From Bacteroidota bacterium (GTDB lineage: Bacteria > Bacteroidota > Bacteroidia > UKL13-3): a stretch of 50,923 nucleotides of DNA. This document shows positions 1 to 9,195 of the stretch, in pieces. Each line of letters begins with the position of its first letter. Within the stretch, counting starts at the first letter, position 1. The position numbers and the translations under genes were made by a program. The notes under the pieces were generated by a model. It saw nothing but the letters and a program-made list of their open reading frames with translations. It searched no databases and was not told the DNA's origin. The stretch covers positions 1 to 50,923 of the forward strand of contig JAZKGH010000189.1 in the NCBI GenBank assembly GCA_040386055.1, given 5' to 3'.

Positions 1-282
1 GATTCCTGCATTGTTTACCACCACATCTACAGCGCCAAATTCTTTCACAATATCCTCAATCAATTTTTCGGCTTCGCTAAATTCGGCAGCATTGCTTTGG
101 TACCCTTTTGCTTTTACACCCAAGGCAGCAAGTTCTGTTTCAAACAATTTCGCTTTTTCTAAAGAGCTTACAAAGGTGAAGGCAATATTGGCTCCCGCAT
201 TTGCCAGTTTCAAGGCAATACCTTTTCCAATTCCACGCGTGGCTCCTGTAACAAGAGCAGTTTTTCCAGCTAATAGTTTCAT
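1..282 (-). CDS. fabG: 3-oxoacyl-[ACP] reductase, short-chain dehydrogenase family. Only the N-terminal 94 aa are present; the gene runs off the window edge.
   Basis: The reverse-strand translation starts at the ATG at 280-282 and reads MKLLAGKTALVTGATRGIGKGIALKLANAGANIAFTF...VVVNNAGI. This contains the classic TGxxxGIG Rossmann motif and the NNAG motif. The listed + strand ORF 11..295 is its antisense shadow. Confidence 0.85.
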   Translation of the reverse strand, partial: MKLLAGKTALVTGATRGIGKGIALKLANAGANIAFTFVSSLEKAKLFETELAALGVKAKGYQSNAAEFSEAEKLIEDIVKEFGAVDVVVNNAGI

Positions 283-597
283 AATCATTTATTAAAGACC
301 GAAGCAAGCCTGCTTCAGGTTGTTGTGTTTTGTTCAAATGTAACGGAGAGATCGGGATTGTGCAAATAGCACCTTGCTAACTACAACCGAACAAAATTTT
401 AATGTGGTTTAAACCTTGAAAGCTAAAATGTATTTAAATCCAATGTTAGCATAGTGTTTCACAAATTCTTTAACTCCATAATGATGTAGTTTCGCTGATT
501 AGATACTTAAAAAAGTCTTAAAATGACATTTAGTATTTCTCATTAACATTTTTTTAATCTTACTTCGGATTTAAGAAAATTTTAACTCCCTATTTGT

Positions 598-765
598 ATG
601 CAACATTTTATTACCTGTTATATTGATCCGGGCAACGGAGGTTACCTGTTTCAAATGATTATTGGCGCTGTTATTGGTGGGAGTTTTTATATAAAGACCA
701 TCTGGGGAAGGGTAAGGTCCATTTTTATGAAACCGGGAAAAGAGAACGATGATGTTTCCGGCTGA
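598..765 (+). CDS. Small 55-aa predicted membrane protein. It is below the length cutoff of the ORF track.
   Basis: An ATG at 598 gives MQHFITCYIDPGNGGYLFQMIIGAVIGGSFYIKTIWGRVRSIFMKPGKENDDVSG, ending at a TGA at 763-765. It has one hydrophobic helix followed by a basic tail, and its 3' end overlaps the ATGATG start of the next gene (749) by 17 nt. Confidence 0.35.
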   Translation: MQHFITCYIDPGNGGYLFQMIIGAVIGGSFYIKTIWGRVRSIFMKPGKENDDVSG

Positions 766-2161
766 TTCGAATACGCTAGGCTTAGGACAACAGATAACAC
801 CACACAACAGTTCGTTTAAAGACCCCAGCGGTTTTGTATTTATGCAAGATGGAATGGTTTATCGTCAGATTAATCATAGCTATTCGCACCATTACGATCA
901 TCTGTTATCATCTGGTTTGTACCAGGAGTTGGTTAACCAAAACTGGTTAATTGCCCATACCGAAATCAATTCTGCTACCCCAATTGCGGATGCATATAAA
1001 ATTATTCGACCCCAAACTGTCCGGCATATTTCATATCCTTACGAGTGGAGTTTTTCGCAACTCAAGGCTGCAGCATTGCTCACATTGAAAATCGCCCGAA
1101 AAAGTCTTGCCTTTAAAATGATATTGAAGGATGCTACTCCGTTTAATATTCAGTTTCACAATGGTAAACCGGTATTTATCGACACGCTTTCTTTTGAATG
1201 TTACCGTGAAGGAACACCGTGGGTAGCTTATCGTCAATTCTGTGAGACCTTTCTCGCACCTCTTGCATTGATGAGCTATCGTGATGGATCTGCCAATGCT
1301 GCACTCACAACCCATATTCATGGATTACCTATGAAACAAACGGCTACAGCTCTTCCTTTCTCTTCGTATTTTAATGTAGGATTGCTCATGCATATTCATT
1401 TGCAGGCATGGTTTCAGGGAAATGCTTCGCAAGGCAAACCAAATACTAAAGTGCGTGAACTGTCCAAACAGCGATTGGAGGCAATGCTTAGCCATTTGGA
1501 AAAAACCGTTTCAAATCTTTCTCTTCAAACCAATAAAGGAGTATGGGGCGCATATTATCAAACCGGTGTACTCGATCAGGAATATGTGGTTGAAAAAAGT
1601 TCGGTTATTGAACAGTTCATTGCTAATCGTTCCTATTCTTCTGCCATCGATTTAGGCTCAAACAGTGGTCATTTTTCGCGACTACTGGCTAGCAAAGGAA
1701 TACATGTAGTAGCCGTTGATTCGGAGCATAGTTGCATAGATGAGCTTTACCAGGTATGCAAGACCGACACGATTGAAAACATCTTACCATTGTTGATTGA
1801 TCTAAGCAATCCCACGCCTGCAATAGGTTGGATGAATACAGAAAGAGGTTCGTTTATGGAACGGTTTGCTTCGAGAGACCTTGTAGTTGCGCTTGCTTTG
1901 GTGCACCACCTGGCCATTGGTCGCAATGTTCCGTTTGCTAAAATAGCAGCGTTTTGTGCACAACTTGGAGAGGATCTTATCATAGAGTTTGTTCCCAAAA
2001 GCGACCCGAAAGTGCAATTATTGCTTGCACACAGAGAGGATGTTTTTGTACAATATACATCCAAAGATTTTCATGAGGCCTTTCAACAGTATTACAACCT
2101 CATGGAGGAAGTTGCTATTGCTGGAACAGAAAGAGTATTGTATTTATTTAAGAAGAAATGA
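749..2161 (+). CDS. Class I SAM-dependent methyltransferase with a large N-terminal domain of unknown function that may be kinase-like.
   Basis: The C-terminal region has a methyltransferase motif I-like IDLGSNSGHFSRLLA...VVAVDSE and later LVHHL. The N-terminal half contains KDATPFNIQF...PVFIDTLSF. Its stop overlaps the next start (ATGA at 2158-2161). Confidence 0.75.
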   Translation: MMFPADSNTLGLGQQITPHNSSFKDPSGFVFMQDGMVYRQINHSYSHHYDHLLSSGLYQELVNQNWLIAHTEINSATPIADAYKIIRPQTVRHISYPYEWSFSQLKAAALLTLKIARKSLAFKMILKDATPFNIQFHNGKPVFIDTLSFECYREGTPWVAYRQFCETFLAPLALMSYRDGSANAALTTHIHGLPMKQTATALPFSSYFNVGLLMHIHLQAWFQGNASQGKPNTKVRELSKQRLEAMLSHLEKTVSNLSLQTNKGVWGAYYQTGVLDQEYVVEKSSVIEQFIANRSYSSAIDLGSNSGHFSRLLASKGIHVVAVDSEHSCIDELYQVCKTDTIENILPLLIDLSNPTPAIGWMNTERGSFMERFASRDLVVALALVHHLAIGRNVPFAKIAAFCAQLGEDLIIEFVPKSDPKVQLLLAHREDVFVQYTSKDFHEAFQQYYNLMEEVAIAGTERVLYLFKKK

Positions 2162-3684
2162 AAGCGTGGCTCTTCAGGCTTTTTAAATACTTTCCGGTAG
2201 GAACGGTATTGTTTCCACTCTTCATTTGTTTTCATGGAGCCAATTACGTTTTTGATTGGATTAAACTTCAAGATGTATTGTACTTCTTATTCAACAGCTA
2301 CTTATCCATTCTCATATTGTTTGTACTCATATGGTTTATCACAGGACCTGTATACAATGCAACGATTCTGAGTTTTGCGTTTGTGGTATCATTTTTTTGT
2401 TTTGGATATGTGCAGGATGTGTTAGCCGGAATAATACCAATGTTATCAAAACCAAGATTCACGATAGCCATCATCGGAATTATTATTTTCAGTGTCCATA
2501 TATGGGTAAAAAGAACGAGTCTGAGGAGAAAAATAAAGGTCAACTACATTAACAACCTTATTATAACAGCTGTTACTCTATTTGATTTATGCATCGTATT
2601 GTTTCATTCCTCTAATACAAAAGCATCTCAGGTAAAATTCTACGACACCAGGATAGCCAATATACAGGCTCCGGCCAAGGAGGAATATACTCAACAAAAG
2701 CCGGACGTATATTTTATCGTTTTCGATGAATATGCTAGCTCACAGGCATTGAAGCAAAATTTCGATTTTGACAATGATGAGTTGGATACTTTTTTAAGAG
2801 GCCGTGGTTTTTACATTGCCGATAAAGCCAAGAGTAACTATGCCGTTACGGCCTTCTCAATTGCATCTACCTTTAATATGAACTATTTTAAAGATTGGAA
2901 TGCCTTAATGTATCCCAATGACTTTCCTGCTGTGTGTGCGGCAATGAAAAACAATACGTTGTTCCGGTTTTTTAAGAAGGAAGGATATTCCATTTACAAC
3001 TACTCCATTTTTAATTTTGAAGAAGCGCCCTCATTATATGTAGATATTGAGCGCGACTTAGGCATGTCGGCTATGCTTAGTTATGCATTAACCGAACGTG
3101 TTGATTTCAAATTGCTCATCAATAAACTGTTTAAATTAAAGCCTTACCAGCAAATGGGAATTATTGATGTATTGCACAATGTAGAAGAGGATAAAAAAAA
3201 TAATACAACTGCTCCTAAGTTTTTTTATATTCATATTTTATTACCTCATTCTCCCTTTATCTTTAATAAAGACGGTTCGCTTAAATCGGTTTTTGGAATG
3301 ACTTCCAAGCAAGAGATGATGGGAACCGACAGCTATCTGGATCAATTGGTGTACACCAATAAAATCATCAAAAAGTTTATCCTGAGATTACAGGAAACTA
3401 AAAAGAAACAAATCATTATTGTGGAGGGCGATCATGGATTTAGAAATGCCCAAACGTATAAAGGGAAAAAGATTCCGAAGACGTATTATACACAGGGAGA
3501 GTATTTTAAAAACCTGAATGCCTTTTATTTTTACGACCAGAAGTATGAAGCTTTGTATGATAGCATCAGTCCGGTTAATACCTTTAGAGTAGTATTGAAC
3601 AACTATTTTGGTCAGCAGATTCCGTTGTTAAAAGATTCTTCTTTTGTAAAAAAAGGAATATTCAGGAGCGTTGATTTTGATTAA
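2158..3684 (+). CDS. Polytopic membrane protein of the LTA synthase/sulfatase-like (alkaline phosphatase superfamily) group.
   Basis: The N-terminal ~165 aa contain about five hydrophobic helices. These are followed by PDVYFIVFDEYAS, LLPHSPF and IIIVEGDHGF, which are metal-ligand motifs typical of LtaS/EptA/arylsulfatase-fold enzymes. Confidence 0.75.
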   Translation: MKAWLFRLFKYFPVGTVLFPLFICFHGANYVFDWIKLQDVLYFLFNSYLSILILFVLIWFITGPVYNATILSFAFVVSFFCFGYVQDVLAGIIPMLSKPRFTIAIIGIIIFSVHIWVKRTSLRRKIKVNYINNLIITAVTLFDLCIVLFHSSNTKASQVKFYDTRIANIQAPAKEEYTQQKPDVYFIVFDEYASSQALKQNFDFDNDELDTFLRGRGFYIADKAKSNYAVTAFSIASTFNMNYFKDWNALMYPNDFPAVCAAMKNNTLFRFFKKEGYSIYNYSIFNFEEAPSLYVDIERDLGMSAMLSYALTERVDFKLLINKLFKLKPYQQMGIIDVLHNVEEDKKNNTTAPKFFYIHILLPHSPFIFNKDGSLKSVFGMTSKQEMMGTDSYLDQLVYTNKIIKKFILRLQETKKKQIIIVEGDHGFRNAQTYKGKKIPKTYYTQGEYFKNLNAFYFYDQKYEALYDSISPVNTFRVVLNNYFGQQIPLLKDSSFVKKGIFRSVDFD

Positions 3685-4063
3685 CAAGTTTACGTTTGAA
3701 CCAGAACCATACCACCAAACACCCAAATGTATTGGCCAGCATATCGTAGTAGTCATAAGCACGCCCTTCGAAATAGAATTTTTGCAGTACTTCCATGACT
3801 ATACCATACAGAGCACTTATTATACAGGCATATGTAATCATTAATGTAAATGGTGTTTGGTTTTTCAACACACGAATGAGAAGATATGCTTGTGTACCAA
3901 ACAATATGGCGTGAATTGGTTTGTCGTAGCCTAAAATAGGCTTGAGTTGCAAGCCTTCAAAGGTATAGCCGGGTGCTCCGCAGGCAAATAAAATAAACAA
4001 TGCCCATGCAATTGCATAGGCATTGTTTTGTCGTTGAGTAGATTTTGGAAAAAACTTATGCAT
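3662..4063 (-). CDS. VanZ-like family membrane protein.
   Basis: This is a small four-helix membrane protein with DKPIH...EVLQKF...[15 protein letters not shown], matching the VanZ pattern. I place the start at MHKFF (ATG 4061-4063), which overlaps the pgk stop by 8 nt. The longer ORF reaching 4099 would run well into pgk. Confidence 0.6.
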   Translation of the reverse strand: MHKFFPKSTQRQNNAYAIAWALFILFACGAPGYTFEGLQLKPILGYDKPIHAILFGTQAYLLIRVLKNQTPFTLMITYACIISALYGIVMEVLQKFYFEGRAYDYYDMLANTFGCLVVWFWFKRKLVNQNQRS

Positions 4064-5270
4064 TGATTGCTTTGATACCCGGCAATTCTTTTCCTTCAAA
4101 ATATTCTAACAATGCACCTCCACCGGTGGATACATAACTCACTTCATTTTCGTAACCAAATTTTGCAACTGCAGCAGCGCTGTCGCCACCACCAATTAAG
4201 CTGAATGCTCCATTTTTTGTGGCCTCTACCACTGCATCAGCAACACCTTTGGTTCCTTTTTCGTAATTGCTCATTTCAAACACACCCATGGGTCCGTTCC
4301 ATAGAATGGTTTTAGAGTTTTTGATAACGGCACTGTAATCAGCGGTTGCTACCGGTCCGATATCTAATCCCATCCATCCTTTTTCAATCATTTTATTGTC
4401 GCACACTTTATGATTAGCATCGTTGCTAAAAGCATCGGCAACTACAGAATCCATCGGTAATAATAACTTTACACCTTTATCCTCTGCTTTTTTCATCAAC
4501 TGTTGGCACAATTCCAAACGATCATCTTCGCATAAAGACGAACCGATTTCGTACCCCATTGATTTCAAAAAGGTATACGCCATCCCTCCGCCAATAATCA
4601 GATTGTCCACGGTATTGATGAGGTTTTCCAGAATTAATAGTTTATCGGAAACTTTGGCTCCACCTGTGATGGCCGTGAACGGACGCTCAGCGTTGTTCAT
4701 GAGTTTTTCGGCATTGGCAACTTCTTGTGCCATTACATACCCAAAACATTTTGCTTGCGGGAAAAACTGTGCAATCACAGCGGTACTTGCATGTGCGCGG
4801 TGTGCGGTTCCAAATGCATCGTTTACATATACATCCCCATAGGCTGCTAATTTCTCAGCAAAGCCAACATCACCTTTTTCTTCTTCTTTGTAAAAACGTA
4901 AGTTTTCCAACAATAAGATTTCACCCGCTTTGAGATTGCTTGCTTTAGCTTTTGCATCATCACCAATACAATCAGTAGCAAACAACACATGTGTTCCTGT
5001 TAAGTCACTCACACGCTCCACTACATGTTGCAGCGTATGTTTTTTCACGTCAATGGTTCCATCCTCATTCAATTTTTTAAGTGGACGTCCAAGATGCGAC
5101 ATCAATACTACCGATCCGCCATCCGCCAATATTTTTTTTATGGTAGGTACTGCAGCACGTATGCGTGCATCATCTGTTATTTCTAGAGATGTTTTATCGA
5201 GTGGAACATTAAAATCAACACGAACAAGGGCACGTTTGCCTGCGAAATTTATAGAATCAACGGTTTTCAT
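4056..5270 (-). CDS. pgk: Phosphoglycerate kinase.
   Basis: A 404-aa protein reading [13 protein letters not shown]...SHLGRP...[16 protein letters not shown]...[19 protein letters not shown], which are canonical PGK motifs. Confidence 0.97.
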   Translation of the reverse strand: MKTVDSINFAGKRALVRVDFNVPLDKTSLEITDDARIRAAVPTIKKILADGGSVVLMSHLGRPLKKLNEDGTIDVKKHTLQHVVERVSDLTGTHVLFATDCIGDDAKAKASNLKAGEILLLENLRFYKEEEKGDVGFAEKLAAYGDVYVNDAFGTAHRAHASTAVIAQFFPQAKCFGYVMAQEVANAEKLMNNAERPFTAITGGAKVSDKLLILENLINTVDNLIIGGGMAYTFLKSMGYEIGSSLCEDDRLELCQQLMKKAEDKGVKLLLPMDSVVADAFSNDANHKVCDNKMIEKGWMGLDIGPVATADYSAVIKNSKTILWNGPMGVFEMSNYEKGTKGVADAVVEATKNGAFSLIGGGDSAAAVAKFGYENEVSYVSTGGGALLEYFEGKELPGIKAINA

Positions 5271-5347
5271 TATGAGTGGTTTAGAGTGAATAGTGCGCGA
5301 AAATAAATTTTTATGTTAGATTTATCTCAAATTTTACGGGAAGGCAT

Positions 5348-5788
5348 ATGAAGTTTTTTTATTTAACCCTTGTAGGATCATTGTTTTTGCTGGCTTCCTG
5401 CAACAATGCAAAGGAGAGAATGCTCTGCAAACGCTGGCAGGTAAGTGATGTTGTGTTTATCAATGAAAAGGAAGCTACCGTTCAGAGTGATACCATGCAG
5501 GGTAACTTGCAACAACGTACCGAAATCATCCTCAAAGATGTGATGATGAAAAATATTTATGAGTTCAAGGATGACGGTACCTACCTTACCGGCAATGCAG
5601 CCGCCAATGCTGAAGGCAAATGGCAATTGGTAGGAGATAATATCAAGTTTATCTCGGATAAAGGAAATGAACAAAAGGAGAAAATAGTACCGGTTGAAAA
5701 ACTGCAGGATGATACTCTTGTGTTGTTGCTCAAGCAGGATCAAACAACTATTCAGATGAAATTGATTTTAACACCGATCAAACCATAA
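5348..5788 (+). CDS. Lipoprotein, possibly with a lipocalin-like fold.
   Basis: It has the lipoprotein signal MKFFYLTLVGSLFLLASC followed by a small beta-rich domain. No catalytic motif was recognised. Confidence 0.6.
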   Translation: MKFFYLTLVGSLFLLASCNNAKERMLCKRWQVSDVVFINEKEATVQSDTMQGNLQQRTEIILKDVMMKNIYEFKDDGTYLTGNAAANAEGKWQLVGDNIKFISDKGNEQKEKIVPVEKLQDDTLVLLLKQDQTTIQMKLILTPIKP

Positions 5789-5789
5789 C

Positions 5790-6131
5790 ATGCAACGTTG
5801 GTTTAAGGTGTACGATTTTGCCAAACACGGTATCGAACCACAGCGCATAAACAGTGCAAGATCTATTGTTGTTGAAGGGAAAAAACTCTGCTTAACCCGC
5901 ACGGAGGAAGGATATTTTGCATTGGAGGACCGCTGCCCGCATGCCGGTGCGCGTTTGGGTATGGGTGGTTATTGTGAAGATGCCATGTTGATTTGTCCCG
6001 TACATCGTTACCGCTATAATGTTAAAACAGGGCGGGGCACTCAAGGTGATTATGTGCAAACCTACCCCACCGAAACACGTGAAGATGGAGTGTATGTGGC
6101 CATTGATAAAAAATGGTGGCAATTCTATTAA
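5790..6131 (+). CDS. Rieske (2Fe-2S) domain protein, similar to the NirD small subunit.
   Basis: It carries CPHAGARL...CPVHRYRY, the canonical CxH...CxxH Rieske ligand set, in a 113-aa protein. It starts 1 nt after the upstream stop. Confidence 0.8.
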   Translation: MQRWFKVYDFAKHGIEPQRINSARSIVVEGKKLCLTRTEEGYFALEDRCPHAGARLGMGGYCEDAMLICPVHRYRYNVKTGRGTQGDYVQTYPTETREDGVYVAIDKKWWQFY

Positions 6132-6161
6132 TCGCTACATTTGCAATCATAACGAACACGT

Positions 6162-7493
6162 ATGAAGCATTCCGTTAAAAAGACACAAGAGTTTTTTGCC
6201 AATGATATCTGGCATGTGAAGCTGGAAAAATTTCCGCGCTGGCAACGGTGGTTCATTAAGATTGTGCGTATTATTTTACTGGGTGTCAAAGATTTTAACG
6301 ACAAACAACTGATTCTGCGTTCATCTGCACTTACCTATTATACATTACTTTCCATCGTTCCCGTAATTGCCATGATATTTGGTATTGCGCAAGGTTTCGG
6401 GTTGGAAAACTACATCAGTGAACAATTGGCCAAAGCATTTGATGGACAACCGGAAGTGCGTGACAACCTCATGAATTATTCGCACAATATGCTCCAAAAT
6501 ACCAGTGGTGGTTGGGTTGCCGGATTTGGTTTTATGTTGCTCATTTGGGCTGTGGTACAGGTGTTGGGAAATATCGAAGATGCTTTCAACTCAATCTGGT
6601 ATGTGCACAGGGCCCGCTCGTGGTCACGTAAATTCACCGATTATTTATCCATTATGGTGGTGGCTCCGGTGTTAATCATTCTTACGGGTTCAGTGAATAT
6701 TTTTATTTCAACGGAAATTCAAAACCTGGCAGAAACACTCTCTGTATTGGGTAATACAGTGAAACAACTAATCATTATCTCCATCAAATTTGTTCCGTTT
6801 CTAAGCACCTGGATCTTATTTTTTCTCGTGTACATGGTGATGCCTAATACACGCGTTAAAATTAAAGCAGCTATCACGGCAGGTATTATTGCAGGTACAG
6901 CCTTCCAATTGTTTCAGTGGGGATATATTGAATTTCAGGTCGGGGTTTCGCGTTCTAATGCCATTTACGGAAGTTTTGCCTCCATACCAATGTTTATCAC
7001 CTGGCTTTATTTTAGCTGGACGATTGTATTAATTGGTGCGGAGATCTCGTATTCTATTCAAAATGTAAAACACTTTGAAGGGCAGAAAAAGACCTTGCAT
7101 ATCAGTCATGAGCAGCGGATGTTGTATGTTTTACACATCATTCATTTAATAGTGAAACGGTTTAAAAATGGAGACAATGCACCATCTCTGGGAGAGATCT
7201 CCCAAAAGCTGGACATTCCCGCATCGATGTGCCGCACAGTAGCCGACCATTCTATCAGGGCGGGACTAATTGTAGAATCCATTGACCCGGCCACCAAGGA
7301 AGGTGTTTTTACTCCGGCTATTGATATTTCCAAACTCACTATAGGTTTTGTAATTTCCAAAATTGAGGGTCTGGGTGAATTGAAACGCAGTAGCCATACT
7401 TCAGAAGAATACCTGCGCATTAAAACGCTTTACAACGAGATGGAAGATGCTATGTACAAGTCACCTTCCAATAAACATATTGCAGATATTTAA
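6162..7493 (+). CDS. YihY/BrkB family inner membrane protein with a C-terminal extension.
   Basis: It has LILRSSALTYYTLLSIVP near the N-terminus, about six transmembrane helices, and a GAEISY motif. The ~130-aa soluble C-terminal tail looks like a winged helix. Confidence 0.8.
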   Translation: MKHSVKKTQEFFANDIWHVKLEKFPRWQRWFIKIVRIILLGVKDFNDKQLILRSSALTYYTLLSIVPVIAMIFGIAQGFGLENYISEQLAKAFDGQPEVRDNLMNYSHNMLQNTSGGWVAGFGFMLLIWAVVQVLGNIEDAFNSIWYVHRARSWSRKFTDYLSIMVVAPVLIILTGSVNIFISTEIQNLAETLSVLGNTVKQLIIISIKFVPFLSTWILFFLVYMVMPNTRVKIKAAITAGIIAGTAFQLFQWGYIEFQVGVSRSNAIYGSFASIPMFITWLYFSWTIVLIGAEISYSIQNVKHFEGQKKTLHISHEQRMLYVLHIIHLIVKRFKNGDNAPSLGEISQKLDIPASMCRTVADHSIRAGLIVESIDPATKEGVFTPAIDISKLTIGFVISKIEGLGELKRSSHTSEEYLRIKTLYNEMEDAMYKSPSNKHIADI

Positions 7494-8062
7494 TGGCTTC
7501 ACAGCTCAGCGTACAGCAGGTTTTACATGGATACACTATGGGCATTTTTCCCATGGCCGATAGTGACGATAACGATTTAATTTATTGGTACGAACCCCGC
7601 ATGCGGGGTATTATTCCATTGGATGGATTGAAAATCAGCAAGTCACTCAGGCAAACGTTGCGTTCCGGAAAATATACCATTAGTATCGACAGGGAATTTG
7701 AAAAGGTGATGCGTTTATGTGCCAACAGGAAAGAGCGTTGGATCAGCGAAGAAATTATTGAAATATACACAGAGCTGCACGAACTTGGTTATGCGCATAG
7801 TTTTGAAGTGCGCAATGCCAATGGCGATATGGTAGGTGGATTGTATGGTGTGACGATGGGTAATGCTTTTTTTGGAGAGAGCATGTTTCACCTGGAGCGC
7901 GATGCCTCTAAAGTAGCATTGGTGTATTTGGTGGAATGGATGAAGCTGCGCAAGATGAATTTATTGGATACCCAATACATGACCGATCATTTACAAACAT
8001 TGGGTGGTATTGAGATTCCGCAGGAGGAATACCTGGAATTGCTGCTCAAGGCATTGCAATAA
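7493..8062 (+). CDS. aat: Leucyl/phenylalanyl-tRNA--protein transferase.
   Basis: It reads GIFPMAD...YWYEPRMRGIIPLD...GGLYGV..GNAFFGESMF...LLDTQ, the Aat signature. Its start overlaps the upstream stop (TAATG). Confidence 0.9.
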   Translation: MASQLSVQQVLHGYTMGIFPMADSDDNDLIYWYEPRMRGIIPLDGLKISKSLRQTLRSGKYTISIDREFEKVMRLCANRKERWISEEIIEIYTELHELGYAHSFEVRNANGDMVGGLYGVTMGNAFFGESMFHLERDASKVALVYLVEWMKLRKMNLLDTQYMTDHLQTLGGIEIPQEEYLELLLKALQ

Positions 8063-8064
8063 AA

Positions 8065-8092
8065 AAGTCCCGCTCCGTTAGGAACAGGACTT
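8065..8092 (-). terminator. Hairpin terminator between the convergent genes aat and rpsT.
   Basis: The sequence aagtcc(cgc)tcc-gtta-gga(aca)ggactt forms an imperfect stem. It is preceded on the + strand by an A-run, which is a T-run after the hairpin on the rpsT strand. Confidence 0.5.
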
Positions 8093-8115
8093 AATATGAT
8101 ATCTCTAAAATAAAA

Positions 8116-8457
8116 CTATGCTTTTTTAGCTGATTTCTTAGCAGCACCCTTTTTAGGAGCAGCTTTTTTGGCAGCTTTCTTAGGAGCAGCTTCAGTTGTA
8201 GCTTTTCCGATTTTGTTAACCACTTTAGCCAATTTTGATTTTTGATTAGCAGCTTTTTTCTTGTGAATAACGTTTTTCTTAGCAAGTTTATCCAACATTG
8301 AAGAAACTTTTTTGAAAAGGGTTTCAGCTTCGGCTTTATCGTCTGTTGAACGAAGCGTTTTAACTACTGTACGTGTACTTTTCGCTTGGTATCTGTTTCT
8401 CAAACGCTTGGTTGCAGTACTGCGAATTCTTTTTTCTGCTGATTTATGGTTTGCCAT
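8116..8457 (-). CDS. rpsT: 30S ribosomal protein S20 with a Lys/Ala-rich C-terminal extension.
   Basis: It reads [30 protein letters not shown]..., the S20 signature. The protein is 113 aa and carries a [21 protein letters not shown] tail. Confidence 0.95.
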   Translation of the reverse strand: MANHKSAEKRIRSTATKRLRNRYQAKSTRTVVKTLRSTDDKAEAETLFKKVSSMLDKLAKKNVIHKKKAANQKSKLAKVVNKIGKATTEAAPKKAAKKAAPKKGAAKKSAKKA

Positions 8458-8489
8458 TGCTCTACTATTATTCTTTTAAAAAAGGACTG

Positions 8490-8519
8490 CAAATATAGGA
8501 TTAGGAATTCAAAATCAAA
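8490..8519 (-). promoter_or_regulatory. Bacteroidota sigma-A type promoter for rpsT, with -33 TTTG and -7 TAnnTTTG elements.
   Basis: The reverse strand reads TTTG-attttgaattcctaatcc-TATATTTG, with an 18-nt spacer. The -7 box ends 33 nt upstream of the rpsT ATG. Confidence 0.6.
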
Positions 8520-8539
8520 GTTTTCAACAAAAAAAATCC

Positions 8540-8872
8540 TTAAACCGCGAAACTCTCGCCACAACTGCACGTACGCGTAGCATTCGGATTGTTGAAAGCG
8601 AAGCCTTTTCCATTAAGCCCATCTGTAAAGTCCAATTCGGTTCCGAAGAGGTATAATACACTTCTTTTATCGGTAACTACCTTAACACCATCAAACTCCA
8701 TTACTTCATCACCCGTTTTTACCTCATTATCGAAGTCGAGCTTGTATGAAAGTCCTGAACACCCTCCGCTATCCACGCCTACACGTAAAAAGTAGTCTTC
8801 GGTATAGTTCGACTCTACTTTTAAGTCTTTAATTCTTGTTTTTGCTTTTTCAGTTACAGTAATCATATGCAA
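8540..8872 (-). CDS. Iron-sulfur cluster insertion/assembly protein of the HesB/IscA/ErpA family.
   Basis: It reads GGCSGLSY...FAFNNPNATRTCSCGESF, which contains the three conserved Cys residues of A-type carriers. Confidence 0.9.
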   Translation of the reverse strand: MHMITVTEKAKTRIKDLKVESNYTEDYFLRVGVDSGGCSGLSYKLDFDNEVKTGDEVMEFDGVKVVTDKRSVLYLFGTELDFTDGLNGKGFAFNNPNATRTCSCGESFAV

Positions 8873-8954
8873 GATGATTTAGAGTACAAATTTACACTAT
8901 AAATTCCATAATAAGAGCAAACGAACGAAGCATTTTGTTTGACTTTGGTTGTTT

Positions 8955-9005
8955 AAAGTTTGCAACTTCAAACATTTTGCGGATGTAAGTCTATGACTTG
9001 CGCTG
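8955..9005. repeat. Copy A of a ~48-bp direct repeat that ends in a palindromic 17-mer.
   Basis: The sequence gtttgcaacttcaaaca...gtaagtc-tat-gacttgc aligns with 9092-9142. The terminal GTAAGTC-TAT-GACTTGC is a 6/7 inverted repeat. Confidence 0.6.
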
Positions 9006-9038
9006 ATGACAAGTTGAAAAATTGCCTATGTTTAGTAT

Positions 9039-9061
9039 CTGCGAAGTTACAACCTTCGCAG
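9039..9061. other. Perfect 8-bp hairpin located between the two repeat copies.
   Basis: The sequence is ctgcgaag-ttacaac-cttcgcag. The loop region repeats the GAAGTTnnAAC motif seen in both flanking repeats. Confidence 0.5.
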
Positions 9062-9091
9062 ATCAAGGGGCTGTTGTTTGAACTCGCCGTT

Positions 9092-9142
9092 TGAAGTTGT
9101 AACTTAAAACAATAGACATTTGCAAGTCTGTGACTTGCTGTG
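9092..9142. repeat. Copy B of the ~48-bp direct repeat. Its palindromic 17-mer lies about 55 nt upstream of the hbd start.
   Basis: The sequence is gaagttgtaacttaaaaca...GCAAGTC-TGT-GACTTGC, where the last part is a perfect 7-bp inverted repeat with a 3-nt spacer at 9122-9138. Confidence 0.6.
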
Positions 9143-9195
9143 GGAGAAAGAAGGAGGAACTTCCAGACCAACAAAAAAGTCATACCTTTGTCTAC

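Noticed and set aside
11-295. 94-aa + strand ORF at the window start.
   Set aside because: It is the antisense shadow of a clear fabG-type reductase N-terminus on the - strand (TGxxxGIG and NNAG motifs). Its own translation is low-complexity (Ser/Ala/Phe-rich).
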